Assembly (NCBI GenBank): GCA_951406725.2 | Contig: CATOCA020000001.1 | Span: 2,976,001 to 3,040,000, forward strand | Direction: 5' to 3' | From: Octopus vulgaris | Lineage: Eukaryota | Length of the DNA stretch: 64,000 nucleotides | Shown: in pieces, positions 43,797-57,912 of the stretch | Position numbering within the stretch: the first letter of the stretch is position 1 | How the letters are laid out: the number at the start of each line of letters is the position of its first letter | Notes under the pieces: generated by a model | What the model was told of the DNA's origin: nothing | Database searches by the model: none | What the model saw: only the letters and a program-made list of their open reading frames with translations | Program-made: the position numbers and the translations under genes

Positions 43797-44643
43797 TCTT
43801 CTTCATTTTGTTATTCTCCTCCTCTTCCTCCTACTTCTTCTTCTTATTCTTGTTGTTGTTGTTGTTGTTCTTCTTCTTCTTCTTCTTCTTCTTCTTCTCC
43901 TTCTTCTCCTTCCCCTTCCTCCTCCTCCTTCTCTTTTCCTCCATTTCCTTCTCCTTCTTTTTCTTCTTCTTCTTCTTCTTCTTCTTCTTCTTCTTCTTCT
44001 TCTACTTCTTCTTCCTCTTCTTTTTCCTGCTTCTTCTACTTATTCTTCTCCTCACCATCCTCTTCATTCTTCTACTTCTTCTTTTTCTTCCTCCTCTTTT
44101 TAATCTTCTACATCTTCTTCTTCTACTCCTCCCTCTGCTCCTCCTCCTCCTATTCCCCCTCCTGCATCTCATTGTCCTCCCCCGTCCTCAACCTACTTCT
44201 CCTCATCTCCGCCTACTCCTCCAACTCCTCCTCTTCTACTTCTTCTCCCACCTCCTCTTCCTCCTTGTCTTCTTATTTTCCCCATCCCCTCCTCCTCTTC
44301 TTCTTTGTCTTCTTGTCCTCTGCTCTTCCTCCTCCTATGTTCCTTCCTCTCCTTCATCTCCTTGTCCTCTTCCGTCCTCCTTCTTCTTCTCCTTCTTCTC
44401 CCCCTCCTCCTCCTCCAACTCCTCCTTCTTCTACTTCTTCTCCCCCTCCTTTTCCTCCTAGTCTTCTTCTTTTGCGCTTCCCCTCCTTCTTCTTCTTCTT
44501 CTTCTTCTCCTCAATCTCTTTCCTGTTCCTCTTCTTCTCGTATTATTTTCCTTTAATTTTGTCCCTTTTCATAAAGAACAATATTGAATATGTTATCGCA
44601 ATTCACACTATGTCAATCTAACCAATATTGTTTCCTGCTTCAG

Positions 44644-44715
44644 ACGTCTTTCCTACAATAAAATTTCAAGGATTGAAGAAGAGTTGTTTCAAGGCCTTCA
44701 CAACTTAGAGAAATT
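44644..44715 (+). CDS. LRR cassette exon B2 (72 nt)
   Basis: AG/GT intact; (L)RLSYNKISRIEEELFQGLHNLEK. Confidence 0.92.
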
Positions 44716-46687
44716 GTAAGTTCATTCAATGTTGTCGTTTATACATGAGGAATATACTATGTCTTTAAATTTAATATCCCCTTATTTCCATGTTTTCTCA
44801 CTCTCTAATACAGTAAATCATATTCAGTTCTCATATTCGTGTTATATTTATTTGATTGAGTCTGAACATGTCAATGACTGTCAGTTGATAATTGTCTGCA
44901 TAAATATGTTATTCCTGAAAATATATATGTGTATGTTCATATGTATGTATGTATCTGCACGATTAATATAAGTTTTAGCTACTATTTTATTTCACATTGT
45001 TCTGTTGATTCTGTGGTGCCGTGTGGTTATTTATCCACACTTCCACCGAAATAAATATTTTGCTGTTGTTGCTGTAGTCTTTGTTGTTGTTGTTGTTGTT
45101 GTTGTTGTTCTTCTTCTTCTTCTTCTTCTTCTTCTTCTTCTTCTTCTTCTTCTTCTTCTTCTTCTTCTTGTTCTTCTTGTTCTACTTCCTCGTCTTCTTT
45201 TTCTTCTTGTCCTTCTTCTTCTTCTTCTTCTTCTTCTTCTTCTTCTTCTTTTCTTCTTTTCTTTCTTGTTCTTCTTGTTCTACTTCTCCTTCTCCTTCTT
45301 CTTCTTTTTCTCCACCTCTACTTCCTCTTCTTGTTTCCTTCTTGTTCTTATTCTATTTCTTCTTCTTCTTCTTCTCTTCTTCTCTTTCTTGTTCTTCTTC
45401 ATCTACTTCTTCTTCTGTTCCTTCTTCTTCTTTTTCTTCTCCTCTACCTCCTCTTCTTATTTCCTTCTTGTTCTTCTTCTTTTTCTTCTATTTCTTCTTC
45501 TTCTTCTTCTTCTTCTTCTTCTTCTTCTTCTTCTTCTTCTTCTTCTTCTTCTTCTTCTTCTTCTTCTTCTTCTTCTTCTTCTTCTCCTCTACTTCCTCTT
45601 CTTCTTTCCTTCTTGTTCTTCTCCTTGTACTCCTTCTTCTTCTTGTTCATCTACTTCTCTTCTTCTCTTTCTTGTTGTTGTTGTTCTTCTTCTTCTCCTT
45701 CTTCGTCTTCTTCTTCTTCCCTTATTCATTATATTACCATATAAATTCTTTCTTCACGTAATGAACATTATTCAATATTTCGTGTTATATTTATTTGATT
45801 GAGTCTGAACATGTGAATGACTGTCAGTTGATAATTGTCTGCATAAAAATGTTATTCCTGCAAATATATATGTGTATGTTCATATGTATGTATGTATCTG
45901 CACGATTAATATAAGGTTTAGCTACTATTTTCTTACACATTGTTCTCTTGATTCTGTGGTGCCGTGTGGTTATTTATCCACATTTCCACCGAGATAATTT
46001 TTTTGTTATTGTTGTTGTTGTTGTTTTGTTCTTCTTCTTGTAATTATCCTTTTCCTCTCCTCCCCCACCTCCATCTCCTCCATTTTCTTATTATTATTGC
46101 AATTCTCCTCCTCAACCTCCCCTCTTCGTCCTACTCATCATCCTTTTTCTTCAGTTTCTTGTTCTCTTCTATTTTTCTTCTTCTTCATCTTCTTCGTCTT
46201 TTTCTCCTTACCTTCTTCATCTTCTTCATGTTCCTCTTCTTCTTCTACTTCTTCCTCTTCTTTGTCTTCTTCTTTTTCTTCTTATTCTTTTTCTTCTTCT
46301 TTTTCTTCTCTGTACTTTCTGCTCCGACACTGTTCTCCCTCTTTTCCATTCTCTGCCAATTCTTCATCTTATTCTCAGTCTCCTGTCCCTCCTGCTCCTT
46401 CTGCAGCTAACCTCAGCTGCCCCTCCTCAGTCATCCCTTCCTTTGTCCTCCTCCTAACTCCCCGCCTCTCCACCTCCTCGTCAATTCTCCTTTCTCTTCT
46501 TCTTCTTCTTCTTCTTCTTCTTCTTCTTCTTCTTCTCCTTCTCCTTTTCCTTTCTCCTTCTTGTTTTTCTTCTTCTTCTTCGTTATCTTTCTTCTTTTTC
46601 TTCCTTTCATTCTAAAATCACAGTGTTTGATGTCGTATCACAAATATTTTCCATATAATCTATTTTACTCTTTCTTTACTGCTATAG

Positions 46688-46759
46688 AGATCTTGGAGGG
46701 AACAACATTGCAACCATCAAAGAAGGTGCATTCACGGGGCTTTCAAAATTAAAAGAATT
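46688..46759 (+). CDS. LRR cassette exon A4 (72 nt)
   Basis: AG/GT intact; (L)DLGGNNIATIKEGAFTGLSKLKE. Confidence 0.92.
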
Positions 46760-47842
46760 GTAAGTTCGTTTAATTTCTTGATACTATTTTCCGAAAGTAA
46801 TAATTGATGCTGATATATAAGCTCACAAATGTATAAAATTTCAGACTGCACTGAAGAAAATCAATTCGAATTTGTAGAATGAACACGATTTAGGAAGATA
46901 CAAAGAGAATATGAGAGAGCGAGACAATGTGAAAGAAAGAGAGAGAATTTGAGAGAGAAAATGAAATAATAGGAAAAATATAATGTTCCTTTATTGTAGT
47001 TGCTTTGTTTCAATTCGCATCTCAATAACTCATTTTCGTTCCCCAAATTTCAAAGGTTTTGATATGAATTTGTATTAGAAATGGTAACGTTTGTGAGTTC
47101 ACATGTTTGCATCAAATATTTTTAGCTGAAGTATATGTGTATGTTCATATATAAGTGTAGTTCTGTGTGAAAGGTGAATATATTATTCTTTTATTTTATA
47201 TTTTACATCCTCCTCCATTTCTTATTTCAATATTCTCCTTCGTGTTTCGATATTATCACACAACTTCGAATTTTGTCATTCACTTCACGTTATTTATGTA
47301 ATAGAGCAACCGAAGTGGAAGCGGAAAATATATATTCGAATAATATAGTCACATACATTCTATCTGTAAACCTGAAATAATTACTGTACTTGTAAGCTGG
47401 AATATTTGGCCTGATACAATTAAACTGCTGATATATTTCTTGTAAGCGTGTGTTTTCTAATATTCTTGTGACAATGAAGCGATATGAAATAAATAATCTC
47501 TCTCACCATATTTCCACAAGGGTGAGTGGGAATATGTGTGATGTGAGTGTGCATACCGCATTCCGTCGTTGATACTGTGAATATAAGAATGCGTATGAGT
47601 GCATTTGAATATGTTGATTTCTGATTCCGTATTTTCCCTGATTTTTCAGCCATGTCTTCTCGCCCAAAATTTATCGATCTCTCCTTGAATTATTTCCTGA
47701 TATCTTGAGAACAATTTTAATCTCGTCTTGAATACCATGATTTTAAAAGTGTCTTCTTCTTCTTCTTCTTCTTCTTCTTCTTCTTCTTCTTCTTCTTCTT
47801 CTTCTTCTTCTTCTTCTTCTTCTTCTTCTTCTTCTTCTTCTC

Positions 47843-47873
<31 letters not shown>

Positions 47874-47952
47874 CTTCTTCCTCTTCTACTTCTTTCCTTC
47901 TTCTTCTCCTTCTTCTTCTTTTTGTTCTTTTCTTCTTCTACTTTTCCTCCTC

Positions 47953-47983
<31 letters not shown>

Positions 47984-48781
47984 TCTTCTTCATTTTGTTA
48001 TTCTCCTCCTCTTCCTCCTACTTCTTGTTGTTGTTGTTTTTGTTGTTGTTGTTCTTCTTCTTCTTCTCCTTCTTCTCCTTCCCCTTCCTCCTCCTCCATC
48101 TCTTTTCCTTCTTTTTCTTCTTCTTCTTCTTCTTGTTCTACTTCTTCTTCCACTTCTTTTTCCTTCTTCTTCTACTTATTCTTCTCCTCACGATCCTCTT
48201 CATTCTTCTACTTCTTCTTTTTCTTCCTCCTCTTTTTAATCTTCTACATCTTCTTCTTCTACTCCTCCCTCTGCTCCTCCTCCTCCTATTCCCCCTCCTG
48301 CATCTCATTGTCCTCCCCCGTCCTCAACCTACTTCTCCTCATCTCCGCCTACTCCTCCAACTCCTCCTCTTCTACTTCTTCTCCCACCTCCTCTTCCTCC
48401 TTGTCTTCTTATTTTCCCCTTCCCCTCCTCCCCTTCTTCTTTGTCTTCTTGTCCTCTGCTCTTCCTCCTCCTATGTTCCTTCCTCTCCTTCATCTCCTTG
48501 TCCTCTTCCGTCCTCCTTCTTCTTCTTCTTCTTCTTCTCCCCTCCTCCTCCTCCAACTCCTCCTTTTTCTACCCCTTCTCCCCCTCCTCTTCCTACATGT
48601 CTTCTTTTCCCTCTCCCCCTCCTCCCCTTCTTCTTTGTCTTCTTCTTCTCCTCAATCTCTTTTCTGTTCCTCTTCTCGTATTATTTTCCTATAATTTTGT
48701 CCCTTTTCATAAGGAACAATATTGAATATGTTATCGCAATTCACACTATGTCAATCTAACCAATATTGTTTCCTGCTTCAG

Positions 48782-48853
48782 ATATCTTTCCTACAATAAA
48801 ATTTCAAGGATTGAAAAAGAGATGTTTCAAGGCCTTCACAACTTAGAGACATT
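48782..48853 (+). CDS. LRR cassette exon B3 (72 nt)
   Basis: AG/GT intact; (L)YLSYNKISRIEKEMFQGLHNLET. Confidence 0.92.
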
Positions 48854-49672
48854 GTAAGTTCTTTCAATGTTGTCGTTTATACATGAGGAATATACTATGT
48901 CTTTAAATTTAATATACCCTTATTTCATGTTTTCTCACTCTCTATTCAGTTCTCATATTCGTGTTATATATTCGTCATATTCAGTTCTCATATTCGTGTT
49001 ATATTTATTTGATTGAGTCTGAACATGTCAATGACTGTCAGTTGATAATTGTCTGCATAAATATGTTATTCCTGAAAATATATATGCGTATGTTCATATG
49101 TAGGTATGTATCTGCACGATTAATATAAGTTTTAGCTACTATTTTATTTCACATTGTTCTGTTGATTCTGTGGTGCCGTGTGGTTATTTATCCACACTTC
49201 CACCGAAATAAATTTTTTGCTATTGTTGCTGTAGTCTTTGTTGTTGTTGTTGTTGTTCTTCTTCTTCTTCTTCTTCTTCTTCTTCTTCTTCTTCTTCTTC
49301 TTCTTCTTCTTCTTCTTCTTCTTCTTCTTCTTCGTCTCCTTCTTCTTCTTGTCCTTCTTCTTCTTCTTCTTCTTTTTCTTTTCTTCTTTTCTTTCTTGTT
49401 CTTCCTCTTCTAATTCTTCTTCTCCTTCTTCTTCTTTTTCTCCACGTCTACTTCCTCTTCTTGTTTCCTTCTTGTTCTTCTTCTATTTCTTCTTCTTCTT
49501 CTTCTTCTTCTTCTTCTTCTTCTTCTTTTCTTGTTCTTCTTCATCTACTTCTTCTTCTTTTTCTTCTCCTCTACCTCCTCTTCTTGTTTCCTTCTTGTTC
49601 TTCTTCTTGTTCTTCTTTTTTCTCTTCTATTTCTTCTTCTTCTTCTTCTTCTTCTTCTTCTTCTTCTTCTCC

Positions 49673-49704
<32 letters not shown>

Positions 49705-49814
49705 CTTCCCTCTACTTCCTCTTCTTCTTTCCTTCTTGTTCTTCTCCTTGTATTCCTTCTTCTTCTTGTTCTTCTACTTTTCTTCTTCTCTTTCTTGTTC
49801 TTCTTCGCCTTCTA

Positions 49815-49845
<31 letters not shown>

Positions 49846-50599
49846 TTCCCTTATTCATTATATTACCATGTAAATTCTTTCTTCACATAATGAACATTAT
49901 TCAATATTTCGTGTTATATTTATTTGATTGAGTCTGAACATGTCACTGACTGTCAGTTGATAATTGCCTGCATAAAAATGTTATTCCTGAAAATATATAT
50001 GTGTATGTTCATATGTATGTATGTATCTGCACTATTAATATAAGTTTTAGCTACTATTTTCTTACACATTGTTCTCTTGATTCTGTGGTGCTGTGTGGTT
50101 ATTTATCAACACTTCCACCGAGATAATTTTTTTGTTATTGTTGTTGTTGTTTTTGTTCTTCTTCTTGTAATTCTCCTTGTTCTTCTTCTTCTCCTTCTCC
50201 TTCTCCTTCTTTTCCTTTTCTTCTTCTTCTTCTTCTTCACCTCCTCCTCCTCCTCCTCCTCCTTCCCCTTCTTCTATTTCTTCTTCTTCATTTTCTTCTT
50301 TTTCTGCTTCTTCTTTTTCTCCTCCTCCTCCTTCTTCTTCTTTTCTTCTTCTTCTTCTTCTTCTTTTTTCTTCTTCTTCTTCTTTTTCTCCTTCTCCTCC
50401 TCCTTCTTCTTTTTCTCCTCCTCCTCCTCATTCTTCTTCTTCTCCTCCTTCTTCTTCTTCTTCTTCTTCTTCTTCGTCTCCTCCTCCTCCTCCTCCTTCT
50501 TCTTCTTATTCTTATTCTTCGTCTCCTCCTTCTTCTTCTTCTTCTTCTTGTTCTTCTTCTTGTTCTTCTTCTTGTTCTTCTTCTTCCCTTATTCATTAT

Positions 50600-50725
50600 A
50601 CTACCATATAAATTCTTTCTTCACATAATGAACATTATTCAATATTTCGTCGCAATTACATACGATGTGAAACTAAGCAAAGTTTCTTCCTGCCTCATAT
50701 ATCTTCTGAACGATGACATTTTTTG
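50600..50725 (+). pseudogene. Relic type-C cassette with dead acceptor (further copies at ~61305-61430 and ~61760-61882)
   Basis: tcgcaattacatacgatgtgaaactaagcaaagtttcttcctgc(c/t)tcAT|atatctt aligns with the type-B acceptor tcgcaattcacactatgtcaatctaaccaatattgtttcctgcttcAG|atatctt. It is followed by YLLNDDI. Confidence 0.6.
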
Positions 50726-52678
50726 GCATTTCCTTAATATATCGACGAATCAACTACTTGACTCTATTCATGATATATCTCTTTGAATGTGCCTGGACAT
50801 GACAACGACTGGCATTGTCGTTAGATTAATTTCTTCTTCTTCTCCTTCTTCTTCTTCTTCTTCTTCTTCTTCTTCTTCTTCTTCTTCTTCTTCTTCTTCT
50901 TCTTCTTCTTCTTCTTCTTCTTCTTCTTCTTCTTTATCTTCTTCTTCTTCATTTCTTCTATTCTTCTTTTCTCTTCCACTTCTCCTTCATTTTCTTCTTG
51001 TAATTCTCTTCCTCCTCCTCTTCTTCCCCTCCTCCTCCTTTTTCTTCTTGTAATTCTTATCCCCCTCCCCCTTCCCATCCTGTTCCTTTTTCTACTTCCT
51101 CTTCTTCTCCTTCTTTTTCTCCTCCTTCTTCTTCTTATTATTATTCTTCTACATCTTCTCCTTCTTCTCCTCCACCTTCTTCTTCTTCTTTTTCTTCTAC
51201 TCCTCCTCGTCTTCCTCCTCCTTCTCTTTCTTCTTCTTCTTCTTCTTCTTCTTCTTCTTCTTCTTCGTCTTCCTCCTCCTTCTCCTCCTCCTCCTCCTTC
51301 TTCCTCTTCTAATTGTTTTTCTTCTTCTTGTTCTTCTTGTTCTTCTTTATTTTCTTTATTTATTTCTCTTCCACCTCCTCTCCACCCCTCCTCCTCCTTT
51401 TTCTTCTTGTAATTCTCCTCCTCCCCCTCCCCTCCTGCTCCTTTTTCTTCTCCTTCTTCTTCTCTTCCTCGTCCTCCTTCATTTTCTTTTTCTTCTTCTC
51501 TCTTTTCTACTTCTTTTTTTCTATTTCTTTTTCTTCTTCTTTTTCTCCTTCATCTTCTTCTTCTACGTCTTCTTCTTCTTCTTCTTCTTCTTCATCTTAA
51601 ACTTCTTCTTCATCTTCTTCTTCTTCTTCTTCTCTTTCTTCTTTATCCTCTTATTCTTCGTCCTCTCGCCTGCTGCTCCTTCTCTTTCTTCTTCTTCTTC
51701 TTATTATTATTATTCTTATTCTCTTCCTTCGTCTTCTACCTCTCCTCCTCGTCCTCCTTCTTATTCATTTTTTCTTCTTCTTCTTCTTCCTCCTCTTCTT
51801 GTTTTTCTTCTACTCCTACTTCTTCCACTTTATCCTCCTCCTCCTCCTTTTTCCTCTTCCTTCTTCTTCTATTCCTTTTTTCCCCTTGTTTTTCTAGTTC
51901 TTCTAATTCTTCTTCTTCTTCTTCTACTTCTCCTCCTCGTTTTCCTCCTTCTTTTTTCTTCTTCTCTTTCGTCTACTTCCTTTTTTTTCTTTTTCTACTT
52001 CTTTATGTACTTCTCCTCCTACTTTTTTCTTCTTCTTATCTTCTTCTTTTTGTTATTCTCCTTCTCCTCCTCCTCTTTCATCTTCTTCTTCTTCTTTCTT
52101 CTACTTCTTCTTATTCTTCCCTTTCATTCTCCTCCTCCTTTTTCGTCCTCTTCCACCTTTTTCTTCTTTTCTTCTCCTTCTTCTCCTTCTTCTACTTCTT
52201 CTTATTCTTCTTCTCCTCCTCCTCCTCTTCTTCTTCCCCCCTCCACCTCCTCATCCTCCTTCTTTTTCTTTTTCTTCTTCTTCATCTACTTCTCCTCTTC
52301 CACTTCCTCTTTCTTCTTCTTATCTTCTTCTTTTTATTATTCTCCTCCTCCTTCTCCTTTCCTTCTTCTTTTTCTTCTTATCCTAGTTCTTCTTCCCTTT
52401 TATCCTCCTCCTCCTCCTTTTCCTCCTAATCCTTATTCTTCTTCTTTTTCTTCCTCTTCTTTTTCTTCTTCTTCATTCTTCTTCTTCTAATTCTTCTTCT
52501 TCTTCTTTTTCTTCCTCTTCGCCTTCTCCTCCTCCTTTCTTCTCCTTATTCTTGATTTTCTTGTTCTTCTTCGTTATCTTTCTTCTTCTTCTTCCTTTCA
52601 TTCTGAAGTCACAGTTTTTGGTGTTTTCTCACAAATATTTTCCATATAATCTATTTTACTCTTTCTTTACTGCAATAG

Positions 52679-52750
52679 ACGTCTTTGGAAGAACAACATT
52701 GCAACCATCAAAGAAGGAGCATTCACGGGGCTTTCAAATTTAAAATACTT
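52679..52750 (+). CDS. LRR cassette exon A5 (72 nt)
   Basis: AG/GT intact; (L)RLWKNNIATIKEGAFTGLSNLKY. Confidence 0.92.
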
Positions 52751-54501
52751 GTAAGTTCGTTCAGTTTCTTGATACTATTTTCCGAAAGTAATAATTGATG
52801 CTGATATATAAGCTCACAAATGTATAAAATTTCAGACTGCGCCAAACAAAATCAATTCGAATTTGTAGAATGAACACGATTTAGGAAGATACAAAGAGAA
52901 TATGAGAGATTGAGACAATGTGAAAGAAAGAGAGAGAATTTGAGAGAGAAAGTGAAATAATAGGAAAAATATAATGTTCCTTTATTGTAGTTGCTTTGTT
53001 TCAATTCGCATCTCAATAACTCATTTTTGTTCCCCAAATTTCAATGATTTTAATATGAATTTGTATTAGAAATGGTAACGTTTGTGAGTTTACATATTTG
53101 CATCAAATATTTTTAGCTGAAGTATATATGTATGTTCATATATAAGTGTAGTTCTGTGTGAAATGTGACTATATTATTCCTTTATTTTATATTTTGCATC
53201 TTCCTCCATTTCTTATTTCAATATTCTCCTTCGTATTTCGATATTATCATTCAAATTCGAATTTTGTCATTCACTTCACGTTATTTATGTAATAGAGCAA
53301 CTGAAGTGGAAGCGGAAAATATATATTAGAATGATGTAGTCACATACATTCTAATATATATTTAAGTACATTTTCAGTTTCGTCTTCAACACCATGATTT
53401 TCAATGTGTCTTCTTCTTCTTCTTCTTCTTCTTCTTCTTCTTCTTCTTCTTCTTCTTCTTCTTCTTCTTCTTCTTCTTCTTCTTCTTCTTCTTCTTCTAC
53501 TTCTTCTTTTTCTCCTCCTCTTTTTAATCTTCTACATCTTCCTATTCTGCTCTACCCTCTGCTCCCTCTGCTCCCCCTCCTCCCCTCTTTTACTTCTTCT
53601 AATTCTTCTTCTTCTTCTCCTTCTTTTTCTCCTTCTTCTCCTTCTTCTTCTTCTTCTTCTTCTACTTCTCCTCCTCGTCTTCCTCCATCTTTTTCTTTTA
53701 TTCTTCTCTTTCTACTACTTTTATTTTTCTTCTTCTTCTTCTTACTTCTCCTTCTTCTTCTTCCCTTTCATCCGCCTCCTTCTTCTTTTTTCTCACCTTC
53801 TTTTTTTTCTACTTCTTCTTCTTCTTCCTCTTCTTTTGCTTCTACTTGTTATTCTTCTTCTCCTTCTTCTCCTTCTCCTTCTTCTTCTACTTCTCCTCCT
53901 CGTCTTCCTTCTTTTTTCTTTTTCTTCTTCTCCTACTTCTACTTTCTACTTCTTCTCTTCCTCTTTCTCCTCTTCCTCCTCCTTCTTCATATCCTTCTTC
54001 TTTTTCCTGCTTCGTCTTCTTCTTCGTCTTCTTCCTTTTCCTCTTCTTCTTCTCCTTTTTCCTTCCTCTTCTTTTCCTTCCTTTTCTTCTTTTTCTCCTC
54101 ACCGTCCTCCTTGTACTTCTTCTTTTTCTTCCTCCTCTTTTTAATCTTCTACATCTTCTTCTTCTTCTAGTCTACCCTCTGCTCCTCTTCCTATTTTCCT
54201 CTCCCTCCTGCATCTTCTGGTCCTATTCCGTCCTCAACCTTCTTCTTTTCCTCCACTCCTTCTCCTCCAACTCCTCCTTTTTCTACCTCTTCTCCCCCCT
54301 CCTCTTCCTCCATGTCTTCTTCTTTTGCGCTTCCCCTCCTCCCCTTCTTCTTTGTCTTCTTCTTCTCCTCAATCTCTTTCCTGTTCCTCTTCTTCTCGTA
54401 TTATTTTCCTATAATTTTGTCCCTTTTCATAAAGAACAATATTGAATATGTTATCGCAATTCACACTATGTCAATCTAACCAATATTGTTTCCTGCTTCA
54501 G

Positions 54502-54573
54502 ACGTCTTTCCTACAATAAAATTTCAAGGATTGAAAAAGAGATGTTTCAAGGCCTTCACAACTTAGAGAAATT
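54502..54573 (+). CDS. LRR cassette exon B4 (72 nt)
   Basis: AG/GT intact; (L)RLSYNKISRIEKEMFQGLHNLEK. Confidence 0.92.
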
Positions 54574-55711
54574 GTAAGTTCTTTCAATGTTGTCGTTTAT
54601 ACATGAGGAATATACTATGTCTTTAAATTTAATATCCCCTTATTTCCATGTTTTCTCACTCTCTAATACAGTAAATCATATTCAGTTCTCATATTCGTGT
54701 TATATTTATTTGATTGAGTCTGAACATGTCAATGACTGTCAGTTGATAATTGTCTGCATCAAAATGTTATTCCTGAAAATATATATGCGTATGTTCATAT
54801 GTATGTATGTATCTGCACTATTAATATAAGGCTTAGCTACTATTTTCTTACACATTGTTCTCTTGATTCTGTGGTGCCGTGTGGTTATTTATCCACACTT
54901 CCACCGAGATAATTTTTTTGTTATTGTTGTTGTTGTTGTTTTGTTCTTCTTCTTGTAATTATCCTTTTCCCCTCCTCCTCCACCTCCTTCTCCTCCTTTT
55001 TCTTCTTCTTGCAATTCTCCTCCTCAACCTCCCCTCTTCGTCCTACTCATCCTCCTTTTTCTTCAATTTCTTCTTTCTCTTTTTCTATTTTTCTTCTTCT
55101 TTCCTTCTTCGTCTTCTTCTTCTTTCCTTCTTCATCTTCTTCATGTTCCTCTTTTTCTTCTTCTTCTTCTTCTTCTTCTTCTTCTTCTTCTTCTTCTTCC
55201 TTTTCTTTGTCTTCTTCTTCTTCTACTTCCTCTTCTTCTTCTTCTTCTTTCTTCTTCTTCTTCTTCTTCTTCTTCTTCTTTTTGTTCTTTTTCTTTTTTC
55301 TTCTCTGTACTTGCTGCTCCGTCACTGGTCTCCCTCTTTCCCATTATCTGCCAATTCTTTCTCTGATTCTCAGTCTGCAGCTCTTCCTGCTCCTTTTGCT
55401 GCTACACCCAGCGGATCCCTGCTCAGTCACCCCTTCCTTTGTCCTCCTCCTAACCTCCCCACCTCTCCACATCCTCCGCCTCCTCCACCTCCTCGTCAAT
55501 TCTCCTTCCTCTCCTTCTTCTTCTTCTTCTTCTCCTTTCTTCTTCTTCTACTTCTTTTTCTTCTTCTCCTACTTCACCTCCCCCTCCTTCTTCTTCTTCT
55601 TCTTCGTTATCTTTCTTCTTTTTCTTCCTTTCATTCTCAAGTCACAGTGTTTGATGTTGTATCACAAATATTTTCCATATAATCTATTTTACTCTTTCTT
55701 TACTGCTATAG

Positions 55712-55783
55712 AGATCTTGGTGCCAACAACATTGCAACCATCAAAGAAGGTACATTCACGGGGCTTTCAAATTTAAAAGAATT
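55712..55783 (+). CDS. LRR cassette exon A6 (72 nt)
   Basis: AG/GT intact; (L)DLGANNIATIKEGTFTGLSNLKE. Confidence 0.92.
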
Positions 55784-56960
55784 GTAAGTTCGTTTAATTT
55801 CTTGATACTATTTTTCGAAAGTAATAATTGATGCTGATATATAAGCTCACAAATGTATAAAATTTCAGACTGCACTGAAGAAAATCAATTCGAATTTGTA
55901 GAATGAACACGATTTAGCAAGATACAAAGAGAATAGGAGAGAGCGAGACAATGTGAAAGAAAGAGAGAGAATTTGAGAGAGAAAGTGAAATAATAGGAAA
56001 AATATAATGTTCCTTTATTGTAGTTGCTTTGTTTCAATTCGCATCTCAATAACTCATTTTTGTTCTCCAAATTTCAATGATTTCGATATGAATTTGTATT
56101 AGAAATGGTAACGTTTGTGAGTTTACATGTTTGCATCAAATATTTTTAGCTGAAGTATATGTGTATGTTCATATATAAGTGTAGTTCTGTGTGAAATATG
56201 AATATATTATTCCTTTATTTTATATTTTGCATCTTCCTCCATTTCTTATTTCAATATTCTCCTTCGTGTTTCGATATTATCACACCAACTTCGAATTTTG
56301 TCATTCACTTCACGTTATTTATGTAATAGAGCAACTGAAGTGGAAGCGGAAAATATATATTAGAATGATGTAGTCACATACATTCTATCTGTAAACCTGA
56401 AATACTTACTGTACTTGTAAGCTGGAATATTTGGCCTGATACAATTAAACTGCTGATATATTTCTTGTAAGCGTGTGTTTTCTAATATTCTTGTGACAAT
56501 GAAGCGATATTAAATAAATAATATCTCTCACCATATTTCCGCAAGGGTGAGTGGGAATATGTGTGATGTGAGTGTGCATACCGCATTCCGTCGTTGATAC
56601 TATGAATATAAGAATGCGTATGAGTGCATTTGAATATGTTGATTTCTGATTCCGTATATTCTGATTTTTCAGCCATGTCTTCTCGCCCAAAATTTACCGC
56701 TCTATCCTTGAATTATTTCCTGATATCTTGAGAACAATTTTAATCTCGTCTTGAATACCATGATTTTAAAAGTGTCTTCTTCTTCTTCTTCTTCTTCTTC
56801 TTCTTCTTCTTCTTGTTGTTGTTCTTCTTCTTCTTATCTTACTGAAACAATTTTTCTCTCTTCTTCTTCTTCCATTCTTCTTCTTCTTGTTCTTCTTCTT
56901 CTTCTTCTTCTTCTTCTTCTTCTTCTTCTTCTTCTTCTTCTTCTTCTTCTTCTTCTTCTT

Positions 56961-56991
<31 letters not shown>

Positions 56992-57259
56992 TCTTCTTCT
57001 TCTTCTTCTTCTTCTTCTTCTTCTTCTTCTTCTTCTTCTTCTTCTTCTTCTTCTTCTTCTTCTTCTTCTTCTTCTTCTTCTTCTTCTTCTTCTTCTTCTT
57101 CTTCTTCTTCTTCTTCTTCTTCTCTTCTTCTTCTTCTTCCCCTTCTTCTTCTTCTTCTTCTTCTTCTTCCTCTTCGTCTTCTTCTTCTTTCTTCTTCTCT
57201 TCTTCTCTTCTTCTTCTTCTTCTTCCTTCTACTTCTTCTTCTTCCTCTCGTCTTCTTCT

Positions 57260-57291
<32 letters not shown>

Positions 57292-57881
57292 TTCTTCTTC
57301 TTCTTCTTCTTCTTCCTTTTCTTTGTCTTCTTCTTCTTCTACTTCCTCTTCTTCTTCTTCTTCTTCGTCTTCTTTCTTCTTCTTCTTCTTCTTCTTCTTC
57401 TTCTTCTTCTTCGTCTTCTTCTTTCCTACTTCTTCTTCATGTTCCTCTTCGTCTTCGTCGTCTTCTTCTTCTTCCTCTTATTTTTCTCCTTCTTCTTCCT
57501 TTTCTTTGTCTTCTTCTTCTACTTCCTCTCCTTCTTCTTCTTCTACTCCCCCTTCTTCTTCTTCTTCTTCTTCTTCTTCTTCTTCTTCTTCTTCTTCGTC
57601 TTCTTCTACTTCCTCTTCCTCCACTTCGTCTTTTTCTTCTCCTTCTTCTTTTTTTTTCTCCTTCTTCTTCTTCTTCGTCTTCTTCTTCTTTCCTACTTCA
57701 TCTTCTTCATGTTCTTCTTTTTCTTCTTCGTCGTCTTCTTCTTCTTCTTCCTCTTATTTTCTCCTTCCTCTTATTTTCTTCCTTTTCCTTGTCTACTTCT
57801 TCTTCTTCCTCTTCTTCTTCTTCTACTCCCCCTTCTTCTTCTGTATCTTCTTCTTCGTCTTCTTCTACTTCCTCTTCCTCC

Positions 57882-57912
<31 letters not shown>

